Assembly: GCA_951406725.2 (NCBI GenBank) | Contig: OX597829.1 | Location: forward strand, 44,950,001-45,014,000 | From: Octopus vulgaris | Taxonomy: Eukaryota | Direction of reading: 5' to 3' | Length of the DNA stretch: 64,000 bases | In this document: piece by piece, positions 13,228-26,865 of the stretch | Position numbering within the stretch: the first letter of the stretch is position 1 | How the letters are laid out: each line of letters opens with the position of its first letter | Notes under the pieces: generated by a model | Told to the model about the DNA's origin: nothing | The model's input: only the letters and a program-made list of their open reading frames with translations | Database searches by the model: none | Made by a program: the position numbers and the translations under genes

Positions 13228-13795
13228 TGAAGGAAAGAAACAAAGAAAGAAAGAAGGAAGGAAGGAAGGAAGGAAGGAAGGAAGGAAGGAAGGAAGGAAG
13301 GAAGGAAATAAGGAAGAAGGAAGGAAGGAAGGAAGGAAGGAAGGAAGGAAGGAAGGAAAGAAAGAAGGAAGGAATGAAGGAAGGAAAGAACGAACGAACG
13401 AACGAACGAAAGAAAGAAGGAAGGAATGAAGGAGGGAAGGAAGGAAGGAAGGAAAGAAGGAAAGAAGAAAGGAAGGAAAGAAGGAAGGAAAGAAGGAATA
13501 AAGGAAAGAAGGAAGGAAGGAAGGAAGGAAGGGAGGAATGAAGGAAGGAAAGAACGAACGAATGAACGAAAGAACGAACGAACGAACGAATGACGGAGGG
13601 AGTGAAAGAAAGAAGAGAGACAAAGAAAGAAAGAAAGAAAGAAAGAAAGGATTGAGGGAAGGAGGGAGGGAGGAAGAAAGAAAAAAGAACGAAATTAAAG
13701 CTCGAAGGAAAGAAGGAACGAATGAACGAACGAACGAACGGAAGGAGCGAGGCAGGAAGAAGAAGAAAGAAACAAACAAACAAACAAAGAGAGAT
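13228..13795. repeat. (AAGG/AAAG/AACG)n polypurine tract
   Basis: Directly visible. Confidence 0.95.
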
Positions 13796-14282
13796 GCAGA
13801 AAATGAACACGGTAAGAAACGGTATTGATGGTCATAGTTGGCTGGGTGGATGGTTATGGCGCTGATCATAAGTTTGCTTGATCAGCGCAGACCAGAGCTA
13901 ATTAACAGTTGTAACAACGACAGCTGTGTTGTATTTCAATTTCTCCGTCCACCATTGTCAACAACCGCCGCAACAGTCGTCGTGATCGCCGTCATCGTCA
14001 GCATCCTAAACAACAACAACAACAACAATAACAAAATCGAGAAGAACATCATCATCATCAGCAGCAGTAGTGCAAACTACAACAGCATAGAGTGATGGCA
14101 GCAGTAGGAGCAGTAGGAGCAGTAGGAGCAGCAGTTTCTGAAGCAACAGCTGCATGATAAGATGTTCGGTTCGAGATATTGCGAGACTTGTCGTTCGTGA
14201 AATGATGTCACCACAATCACACACACACACTCATACGTACGCATGCACACATAAGCGCACACATTCTCTCTTTCTCTGTCAT

Positions 14283-14337
<55 letters not shown>

Positions 14338-14438
14338 ATCTATTTATCTCTCCCTTTCTCCTCTCTCTTTCTTTCTCGCTCACTCGCACGCATGCACACA
14401 CTGGTCATATTGTACTCAATTATTACAATTGTTCATAT

Positions 14439-15365
<927 letters not shown>

Positions 15366-15814
15366 ATACACTCGCACGCTTTTACTGACACAACCTTCAT
15401 AAATATCGGATAAAGCGCATGCATTGAGAAAGAGGACACGTTTCCAGATACTCACTCACCGGTCATAGCAAAAAAGAACCAGCAGAAAATACGCGCAGTA
15501 ACACGAAACAAAGCGAAAGAAAACGCATCCGGAACTTTAACTAATTCTTATCTTCTTTGTCGTTGCTATAAAAAGTAATTTTAGGAATATTAATGGTCTT
15601 TCGTGAAATAGATTGCTAATGTTGTCAACGCTCGGCTTATATCGTTACTTAATCCCTTCTGTCTGGGGTAACCCCCTAACGCGCTAGTCACAGGACGGTG
15701 CGGTGGCTAATCTTTTTCAGACTGGTGTGGCACTAACATTTCTTTTAATAACAATTTCTGGAGTGTCACATTAATACACGGTCTACCTGACCATTTACAC
15801 TTTAGCTTGCAGTA

Positions 15815-16006
15815 TAATCCTAATCCTGAACCCTAACCCTAATCTAAACTCTAAACCTAACCCAAATCCACAACCCTAACCCTAAGCCCTAAACCCTAAC
15901 TCTGCCCTACACTCTAACCTTAACTATAACACTACACTCTAACCTTAACCCAAACCCTCAACCGTAACCAGCCATAACCCTACACCTGACACACTAAACC
16001 TAACCC
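15815..16006. repeat. Degenerate interstitial telomere-like (CCCTAA)n
   Basis: Repeated ccctaa/cctaac/ctctaa variants. Confidence 0.7.
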
Positions 16007-16319
16007 ATTTCCTGGGACCTGTCATTGCTGACCCAAGCCTTAGGTTCGCCATGTATTTTGTTAAGACCGTTGAAAATATCGCCGATAGACTGTTATAAAT
16101 TTGAGGAAATCTTGAACAAATTCGATCGACCTGACAGATCAGTAGTTTTGAACATTATTTTTACTTTACGGACCCCTTTGATTCCTATTTTATACAGGTG
16201 GACCCTCTTAGCCATTCGATGTTAAAAAAAAAAATTTATTGCATTTTTATGATTGAATATTATTAGAAATTATATGAAAAAAAAAACTCCCAAAATATTT
16301 TGTGCATTGTAGAAATACA

Positions 16320-16558
16320 CGAGGATGAGCTGAAAAGTTCCTGGCTTTGGACAAAAGAAAATCCAGGAAGATCAGTTAATTATGATTTTATTCAACATTT
16401 GCCCCTCTCAGACTCACACTTATTGCAGCAATCCTTCAGTTTTTTTTGTTTTTGTTTTTGTTTTTGTTTTAAGCCCAGCAAAAGAAATCGGACGGTTAGG
16501 CCTCCAACCAAGCCTTTCGCGAAACCTTTAAAGCCAGGAAGTTTTCAGCACTCTTTCG
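16320..16558. mobile_element. Mariner-derived MITE
   Basis: TIRs cgaggatgagctgaaaagttcctggcttt / aaagccaggaagttttcagcactctttcg. Confidence 0.7.
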
Positions 16559-16798
16559 TGACCCATTTATAACACATAAATTTGAACAAAATTTTATGTG
16601 CCCCTCCCCATAGGTCATGTATGCTCCAGATGAGAACCACTGTGATGCATAAATCAACTAGATTTTTTTTCTCCTTTCCCTTAAACCACACGCTGCGCAA
16701 ACAAATGTCTCCAAAGATGGCTGGCATTCGACAAGTTACCCTAAAATGAAATAATGGTTGATTCTGAAGCCTGTTTTGAGTTTGAGGTTAAATGACAC

Positions 16799-16869
<71 letters not shown>

Positions 16870-16878
<9 letters not shown>

Positions 16879-17015
16879 TAAGGACGCAAACGCTTACGCA
16901 CATAAGGATATACACCTTATAAGAACAGAATGGTGTAAGTGGAACAAGAACACATACGAAAACGAAAAGTGTTGCTGAAAAGGTCACAGATGTGTGATGA
17001 AAGATTTCCGGACAA
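16870..17015 (+). mobile_element. Second copy of the 4318-4465 Penelope-like fragment with a decayed hammerhead motif
   Basis: Reverse complement match to 4318-4465; CTGAAAA-G-GTCACA-gatg-TGTGAT-GAAA-GATTTC-cggaca. Confidence 0.55.
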
Positions 17016-17018
17016 TGG

Positions 17019-17066
<48 letters not shown>

Positions 17067-17254
17067 GCACGTTGCCGCCGTGAAACGATAACATTCCCAC
17101 GGGAAATATTCGATATTTATAAAATGACTGGTTACACCAACGAGAAAAGATGGGGGAGTGGATAAAATTTATCAATAACAGTCAAGTGTCACGCTTGGAT
17201 TCCTTCGCATTATTTACTACGACCGTTCAATCAGTCACACAGCCAACCTTACGT

Positions 17255-17335
<81 letters not shown>

Positions 17336-17440
17336 GTCTGTATGTATATGTATGGTTTATAGTTCCGGTAAGGTAGGATCAACAAATAAGTACTTCATCC
17401 AGTGAGAGATAAATATATATATACACATACATACATACAA

Positions 17441-17537
<97 letters not shown>

Positions 17538-17729
17538 GCGGTCCATCGCGGAGAGAAAGACGGATCGCAAAGATACGAGAGGAGATTTAAAGGGAAATTT
17601 GTCAGGATGGTCATTCGCCCGCTGACATTCGTTGACGCTGGATCGAAGAAACCAAAGAACAAAAGAAAAAGGAGAAAGAAGAAACACACTCAACACCAGA
17701 GCTGAAGACACCTCCGAAAGGAGGGGGCG

Positions 17730-17819
17730 CCACGTCGAAACCGATAAAGGAATAGGGACCGAAACCGGACGTGGTTCTTCCTGATGATGTCTTTATCCAC
17801 TGGATCCTATAAAGGGCTT
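17730..17819 (+). ncRNA. Hammerhead-like motif with crossed strand order, decayed
   Basis: cgaTA-aaggaa / agggacc-GAAA-ccg / ttcttc-CTGATGA-tgtcttt, plus a ccacgtc:gacgtgg helix; see findings. Confidence 0.45.
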
Positions 17820-17869
17820 GTTAAGGTAACGAACCACGAAACGTGGTTGGAATTCCTCCTATATATATA

Positions 17870-18168
17870 GGGAGAATTCACGAAAAAAACAAAAGACGAA
17901 GACAGGTGGTGTAGAAAAGAAACAGATGTATTAGTATAACGCTCGGGAATTGAAAAAGTTTTTAACGTTTCGAGCCTACGCTCTTCTACAGAAAGAGACA
18001 CAGAAATAAACAAGGAGAGAAAATAAAGAAGAGAAAATAAAGAATGTGTAGTGGCTAAGACTCGAAACGTAAGAGACTTTCTCATTTTTTTGAGCGTCAA
18101 ACTAATAAACCTGCTTGTTGTTCATACACCTGTCTTCGTTTTTTGTTTTTCTGTTAATTTCAACTATA
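17870..18168. mobile_element. Inverted pair of (TA)n-associated Penelope-like terminal fragments
   Basis: acgtttcgagcctacgctcttc and ctcgaaacgtaagagactttc arms; same family on + strand at 54385-54550. Confidence 0.55.
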
Positions 18169-18170
18169 CG

Positions 18171-18208
<38 letters not shown>

Positions 18209-18276
18209 GCTTACATATATATATGCTTACATACATGCATACATACATGCATACATACATACATACATACATACAT

Positions 18277-18364
<88 letters not shown>

Positions 18365-18394
18365 TGTTATATTTCGGAATGGTCATATTTAAAC

Positions 18395-18431
<37 letters not shown>

Positions 18432-18435
<4 letters not shown>

Positions 18436-18776
18436 TCGCCATACTAATATGGTTCTAATATAAATCTGTCCTCTCGCAATATTTTCTCTCAAAATCAGAG
18501 AAATATAGCAAAATAATTGTTAGCCAAGCCTACATACACTTGGTTCGCTTCGGGCCACGTCTGTGCATGGATTCATAAACTGATAACCTTTCGAAAATAG
18601 CTGGTTGTAAATGCAATTGTCAATTTTCCATACAGCAGAAACATGCCGAAAAAATTAAAACCAAAAATGCCGAATAATTGGTGTATAAACATTATAATCA
18701 TCTGCATAAAGAAATACACAGATGTACTAATCACCGTATTCATTATAATTGTCATATATATATATATGGCGATAAC
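18432..18776. mobile_element. MITE with 12-bp TIR and TA flanks; inverted partial copy at 18887-19217
   Basis: ta|gttatcgccata ... tatggcgataac|ta; ORFs 18573-18755(-) and 18887-19069(+) are near-identical. Confidence 0.7.
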
Positions 18777-18838
18777 TATTAATTTCCAGTTACGCTGCCG
18801 TAATCTCCTTTAGAGAGACTTAGTAATTTTAATATTTC

Positions 18839-18890
<52 letters not shown>

Positions 18891-19240
18891 CGATTATAAT
18901 GAATACGGTGATTAGTACATCTGTGTATTTCTTTATGCAGATGATTATAATGTTTATACACCAATTATTCGGCATTTTTGGTTTTAATTTTTTCGGCATG
19001 TTTCTGCTGTATGGAAAATTGACAATTGCATTTACAGCCAGCTATTTTCGAAAGGTTATCAGTCTATGAATCTATGCAACGTTATTCAAGGTCCATCCAC
19101 AGACGTGGCCCGAAGCGAACCAAGTGTATGTAGGCTTGGCAAATAATTACTTTGCTAGATTTCTTTAATTTTGAGAGAAAATATTGCGAGGTGGGGAAGA
19201 TTTATATTAGAACCAATCATTATAGCCAACTTAACGTGGA

Positions 19241-19551
19241 TTGTTTGTTCCTTCTCAAGCCATACCTGGCTCATAAGGGCCGGTTTACCGGTTTCCTTGG
19301 CGTATATGTCCCCCACCTGGACGGGACACCGGTCCGTCGCAGTTGAGCTGCAAGATGCAAGAGGAAAAAGTGAGAGAAAGTTGTGGCGAAAGAGTCAGCA
19401 GAAGTTCGCCATTACCTTCTGCCGGAGCCGCGTGGAGCTTAGATGTTTCGCTCATAAACACACACATTGCCCGTCTGAGATTCGAACCCGCGAACCCACG
19501 ATCCCTCGACCGCGAGTCCGCTGCTCTAACTACTTGGCCATGTGCATCCAC
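19241..19551 (-). mobile_element. tRNA-derived SINE, family C head with V-like domain
   Basis: Minus head gtggatgcacatggccaagtagttagagcagcggactcgcggtc; body ctgcgacggaccggtgtcccgtccaggtgg. Confidence 0.8.
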
Positions 19552-20130
19552 TGAGAGAGGAATATGCTGAATAAAATCATTATTAACTTATCCTCCTGTA
19601 TTTTCTTTTACCCAAAGTCAGGAACTTTCAACATCCCCTTGTATAAGAACCTCTCGATCTCAGGTACTTGAAAGATGACATTATCAATGGGACAACCACT
19701 AATGTTGCTGTTTAGTGTTAGTCAAAGTTGTTACAGTACTAGTCAAACTGACATCTTTAGTAAACTTATTCAAATCTGGACTGATGTTAATGTCGAGGAC
19801 AACAGTCCAGGGATGAAATCAAACGAAGCCTCGAATTAATTTCAAGCTGGCTTTTGTTCAATGCCAATCGAGAACATTGAACGCTTCGGGCTGCCATCCG
19901 ATCAATAACACTAGTATTTATATATCTCGAAAAGAGACAGAAATAATATACTAATTGAAACAGCTGGATACACTTCCGGCTCAACGTAATGCTGAAGAAC
20001 TGCTTGGCAATGTCCCAGTGGATGTACTTCTTCCTCATAATTGCAAGTCTATTGGAATGTCAGCCACCCAACTACAATAGATTGACTGGTGTGTAGGACG
20101 CTAGCAGACGTTTCCAATCTTAGTTTAAAA

Positions 20131-20439
20131 CAGTGGTTCTCAACTGGAGTCCTTATGGCTCCTGAGGGTCCATTTAAGGCGTTTGAGTGATAAATTAGGA
20201 ATCCACAATAGTATTTTAAGGGCCCATGAAAAAGTTTTGCTTTAAGTGTATGTATTGGTGTGTATTGTAAAAAACATCTAGGTTTATTTCTTTAACATTT
20301 TATATAGTTCAACCTACACAAGTTAATGTGTGAGAACCAAAATAGGAATTTTGAAAGCAGTTTCTATAAAACTAGTTTTTAAACATCGAAAGGCTATGGG
20401 GGCCGGCTCCACAGAGAAAAAAATGGTTGAGAATCTCTG
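20131..20439. mobile_element. hAT (Charlie-like) MITE
   Basis: TIR cagtggttctcaac / gttgagaatctctg; imperfect 8-bp TSD gtttaaaa / gtttacac. Confidence 0.75.
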
Positions 20440-20699
20440 GTTTACACGATACCAGTTGGTTACAAGCTAATCTATCCATAAAAGCGGAATCCCGTTTTAC
20501 AGGTAAGAGTCAGGAAATCTTCTCACCGCAAAACTTCGACATTGGTTGCCAAGATAAGTTCGCCCAAAACAAGCCAAAATCATCGTTGACTCGCCGTTGA
20601 CTCAGACTGATACCACGCTGAACATTGATGTCTTCTGATTTTGCGTGACTCTTCGCGTGCGTTCGGATGCATGAAAAGTGTTAGGTATTCTTCCTCTGC

Positions 20700-21445
20700 C
20701 ATTAAACTGCGACCATGCTGGGGCATAGCCAACCTTGAACTATTTCAGTCGAACACATCGACCCCCGAAAGATATTTCTTTAAAGCCTGGTACTTATTCT
20801 ATTAACCTCTTTTTACCGAACCGCTAAACTACAGACACATAAACACACCAACACCGGTCGTCAAGCGGTAGCGGTGAACGAACATACACACGTACATACA
20901 CACACTGTATGTAGGTAGGTATGTATGTGTGAATGTATGTACATATGTACGTACGCATGTATTTATGTACGTACATATGTATGCATGCATGTATGTATAC
21001 ATGCATGTTTGTGTGTATGTATGTATGCATATGTGTATATATGTATGTACATATGTACGTACGTATTTATGCATGTGTGTATGTATGTATGTATGTATGT
21101 ATGTATGTATGTATGTAGGTGTGTAGGTATGTATGTATGTGTGTATATGTGCGTATGTGCGTGTGTGTATGTAAGTATGTACATATGTACATACGTATGT
21201 ATTTATGAACGTAAGTATATATGTATGTGTGTGTATGTGTGTATACGTATGTATGTACATATGTACTTACGTACGTATGTATGTACATATACGACGGGCT
21301 TCTTTCAGTTTCCGTCTACCAAATCCACTCACATGTCTTTGGTCAGCCCGAGGCTGTAGTTGAAGACACTTGCCCAAGGCGACACACAGTGGGGTTGAAC
21401 CTGGAAACATGTGGTCGGGAAGCACGCATCTTACCACACAGCTAC
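20700..21445 (-). mobile_element. SINE family A with expanded internal (TATG)n
   Basis: Same head and tail as 12615-13138. Confidence 0.8.
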
Positions 21446-22205
21446 GCTAAGCGTAGTTAAGAGATCAATCCGAATGTACACGATGCCCTATTTGCTCTGT
21501 TACAGTCTTGAAGATACTTCTGACACACTGAAACAAAGAATAGTGTCAGAAGACATGACGGAAATTTTTAGAGACTTCTGAACAGGGCTACGACCATGAT
21601 AAACGCACAAGCTGGGTTGCAAGCTTTCAGTACGCCACGAGTCGTTTGTATTTCTGAGACACTACGCGTTGGTCTGTAATGACAGTCGTTGGTTTGTGAT
21701 GCCTTTCGCTAACAGCATCATTTCCGAGTCTATGGCTCACCCATTGACTGCTGAGGCGAGGACCGAGGATATGTTACTGTCAAACACACACATATGTTTG
21801 AACCGTAGTGGTACCGGAAAATTAGTCAAAGGTTTTCTCAACACCAGAGGCAGAGATTGTTCTTAATCAACGCCAATGACGGAAAAACGGCGGCTCAAAT
21901 GATAAGCAAAGCGGCTCCTAACTGTAGCTGCCAATTCGTCTAACAGAGTTTTAGAGCAATATTTTGTGTGTCAGTCTACTGCTGCAAGAATACTGAAGTC
22001 CCTACCAGTTCATCCTTTCGTATCAATGCAAATAGAAGTTCTTAAAAAAGAATGTATTAAATACACATCAACCCACATACACGCACGCACACATAGATAT
22101 GTGTGAGTGTGTATGCATGTATGTTTGTATGTATGTATATACATATATTGTAGATGTTTGTGTGAATTTGATTGCGTGTGTATAAGTATATATGTACGTA
22201 ATTGT

Positions 22206-22268
<63 letters not shown>

Positions 22269-22270
22269 TA

Positions 22271-22428
22271 CTTTATTTAAAGCAGCAGAAAATTCAACAA
22301 AACCTGTTACTCTGAGTTACCCGTTGCTCTTCATCGGACAGTTTTTTCTAGCAAAAACTGTCCGATGAACGGCAACGGGAAACTCAGAGTAACAGGTTTT
22401 GTCGAATTTTCTGCTGCTTTAAATAAAG
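22271..22428. ncRNA. 158-bp palindrome holding two inverted type I hammerhead-like motifs; + strand copy 22358-22395 is the more complete
   Basis: ctgt-CCGATGA-ACG-gcaa-CGG-GAAA-CTC-a-GAG-TA-acag; mirror copy has GAAA changed to GTAA. Confidence 0.65.
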
Positions 22429-22497
22429 CATATTACTCTACCACTGGTATTTGAGTACACTTTTTTCCACATTGTTTCACATTTATGTGTTTACTCC

Positions 22498-22537
<40 letters not shown>

Positions 22538-22748
22538 GAGCGAGAGAGAGAAAGAGAGAAAGATAGATGGATGCATGGGTGGATGCATGGATGGACGGAT
22601 AGATAGATAGATAGGAAGACAGACAGATATAGAGATAGAGAGATAGATACATACGTACCTACATACATACATACATACATACATACATACATACATTCAT
22701 ATATAGGGAGACAGACAGACATAGATAGATACATACATACATACCTAC

Positions 22749-22893
<145 letters not shown>

Positions 22894-23117
22894 GAGAAGA
22901 TTACAGACGTATGCATAAATAAGTGAAAAAGAAAGAAGAGGGCAAATAAGAAAAGTGGATGTTATTATTTTCAGGTGAAATGCTTTATCGTTATTGAAGA
23001 AGAGCACCTCTTTCCACCGACAAAATCTTTCATGTCCCAAAAGAAAAGAAGAAACGAAAACCGTAATGTCATAAAGATTGGCAAACGAGATCATGTACAA
23101 ACATTGAGATTCTAAAC

Positions 23118-23234
<117 letters not shown>

Positions 23235-23265
23235 GCACACACACACATACACACACACACACACT

Positions 23266-23341
<76 letters not shown>

Positions 23342-23711
23342 TATTTGCACGCACACAGCAAACACGCAACATACTCATGCAGACATGCACACGTACCTTT
23401 ACATATTCAAATATATATGCACGTATATATATATGGAGCCGAAGTCGTTTTGCTGGCCAATTCTAATTCAGTGGAAGCTTACAAATGCAAATTGTTTTTG
23501 TTTTTTTTCTGCATATCAACTGAAAGATCCACCGGATATTAAAGAACACTACTCACTGCCATTTCTCCCCCCCTTCTTCTTTCTTTCTTTCTTTCTTTCC
23601 TTCTTCTTTATTAATTTCCATGTATGTAAACCATCGTCCCGATATGAACGAACATCTCTTCCAAAAGTGTTAAGGCAAATTGAGCAATTGCAATATGACA
23701 ATTTCGATTCC

Positions 23712-24480
<769 letters not shown>

Positions 24481-24789
24481 AATACATTAAACTTTCTTTT
24501 TCGTCCAACCGACAACGCGTTAGTGTCCGCTTTTAAGCAAAATTTATCAAATTTTATTAAAAGGTATAATTTCGATATTTGAAACGTGATAAAAATCGAT
24601 CGATCAATAATGCATAAAATCCTGATAGTCAGTCCTGATAGTCAAGGCAATATCCCAACGGCCATTAACTTAGTTTAAACTGATTCCATTTTGTGTAAGG
24701 TAAAGTTAATATTTTGGTTCTAACCGTTCCATTATTTAGAAAACTAAAGATTTTACAAGTATTTATTTTTTTCTTATTTCGTGTTTATC

Positions 24790-25180
24790 TTTTGCCTGTT
24801 TCAGTCATTAAACTGCGGTCATACTGGAGCACCCACCTTGAAAGATTTTTTAATCGAACGAATCGACACCAGTACTTACTTTTTTTAAGCTTGGTACTTT
24901 CTATCGGTCACTTAGGCCGAACCGCTATGTTACGGGAACGAAAGCGCATCAATACCAGCTGTCAAGCGGTGGTGGGGAAACTAACACAGAAACAAAAACA
25001 TACACACATATATATACGACGGGCTTCTTTCTGTTTCCGTCTACCAAATCCACTCACAAGGCTTTGGTCGGCTTGAGGCTATAGTAGAAGACACCTGCTC
25101 AAGGTGCCACGCAGTGGGACTGAACCTGAAACCATGTCGTTGGTAAGCAAGTTACTTACCACACAGCCACTCCTGTGCCT
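24790..25180 (-). mobile_element. SINE family A, near full length
   Basis: Head (rc) aggcacaggagtggctgtgtggtaagtaacttgcttacc; tail matches other copies. Confidence 0.85.
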
Positions 25181-25183
25181 ATG

Positions 25184-25215
<32 letters not shown>

Positions 25216-25561
25216 TGTATGTATGTATGTATGAATATATGTATGCATGCATGAATACATGTATGTATTATGTATTTATGTATGCATGTGTGTGTATGTG
25301 TGTATATATGTATGCTTGTATGTATGTATGTATGTGTGTATATATATGTATGTGTATATAAGTGTGTACGTTTGTGTGTATGTGTGTATATATGTATGTT
25401 TTCATGTATGTATACGCGGGAGTGTGTATGTATGTGCATATATCTATATATGCATGTGATAATGTATGTATGTGCACCTATATGCATTTATTTGTGTATA
25501 TATGTACATGCGTGCGTGCATATACATGTGTGTGCGTGTGTGTATGTGTGAGTGAGTGAGC

Positions 25562-25618
<57 letters not shown>

Positions 25619-25793
25619 TGTGAATGTGTGTGTTTATATATCTCGCCGCAAATGTCTGCCATCTACGATAATAGAAATGATACATTGGATGTTAATGTGG
25701 TTTTAAAAACCATAAACAGACATGATTGGCAAGGCTGGAATATTTTCGATGATATGTCAGCTTCACTAGAGATGACATTGGAGCTAAACTAAC

Positions 25794-25827
<34 letters not shown>

Positions 25828-26465
25828 ACAGAAACAGCAAGTTTTTCACTTTCAGAAGGCAGTCATTTTATTCCATAAAAATCATTATTTCCAAAGAAAT
25901 TAATTTAATAATTCAATGACTCGTTCGATGCCAAAATACGCATTAAAAAAAAACCCACAACCTTTGACACTATGGAAGTGAATTGATTGATGACGGCATG
26001 ACAGAAGAAATCAATATAAGGTCATCGATTAGAACATGAATACATTAACATATCGTAATAATAGCTAGGTCGCATGTAATATACGTGAGGTGTCGTTGTT
26101 TCTGTTTTATCATTTGTTTTGTAAAGCCAAGTGTGTTTGTCACCTGATACTTTTCGCATTTGTCAATTATCATAAAAACCAGCTGACCCCGTGTCGTCAA
26201 AAATGACAGCTAATTGTAGTATTTTTCATATATATAAATATGGATGGTAAATCAAATTAATACACTTGTCAATGTTATCTATTGGTTGTCTTTTGGGATG
26301 TGACATCGATCATCGTTTGTTATTGAAAGAACGCTGATTCGCACATGCAAACATTCACATACTTCCTTTGTACTCGCAGTCACTCACACGCACACACACA
26401 CGCACGCACATACTCACACAGAGTTGAAACGCTGTTTTATTTTTCTTTTCAGCGTTGAATGCTCT

Positions 26466-26865
26466 TGCTCTTTTGCTCTTTTACTTGTTTCAGTCATTTG
26501 ACTGCGGCCATGCTGGAGCACCGCCTTTAGTCGATCAAATCGACCCCGGAACTTATTCTTTGTAAGCCCAGTACTTATTCTATCGGTCTCTTTTGCCGAA
26601 CCGCTAAGTGGCGGGGACGTAGACACACCAGCATCGGTTGTCAAGCAATGCTAGGGGGACAAACACAGACACACAAACACACACACACACACATATATAT
26701 ATACATATATACGACAGGCTTCTTTCAGTTTCCGTCTACCAAATCCACTCACAAGGCATTGGTCGGCCCGGGGCTATAGCAGAAGACATTTGCCCAAGAT
26801 GCCACGCAGTGGGACTGAACCCGCAACTATGTGGTTGGTTAGCAAGCTACTTACCACACAGCCAC
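26466..26865 (-). mobile_element. SINE family A, near full length
   Basis: Near-identical to 12640-12860 tail and 25010-25170 head. Confidence 0.9.

Noticed and set aside
19787-20038. 83-aa ORF with KYIHWDIAKQF
   Set aside because: Only a faint echo of the RLE-element IHW motif; no further motifs or splice evidence
21600-22020. Possible L1/Tx1 endonuclease remnant on the - strand (LVG/DFS, Y*KL)
   Set aside because: Requires frameshifts and rests on two short motifs; a tBLASTn or HMM search would be needed
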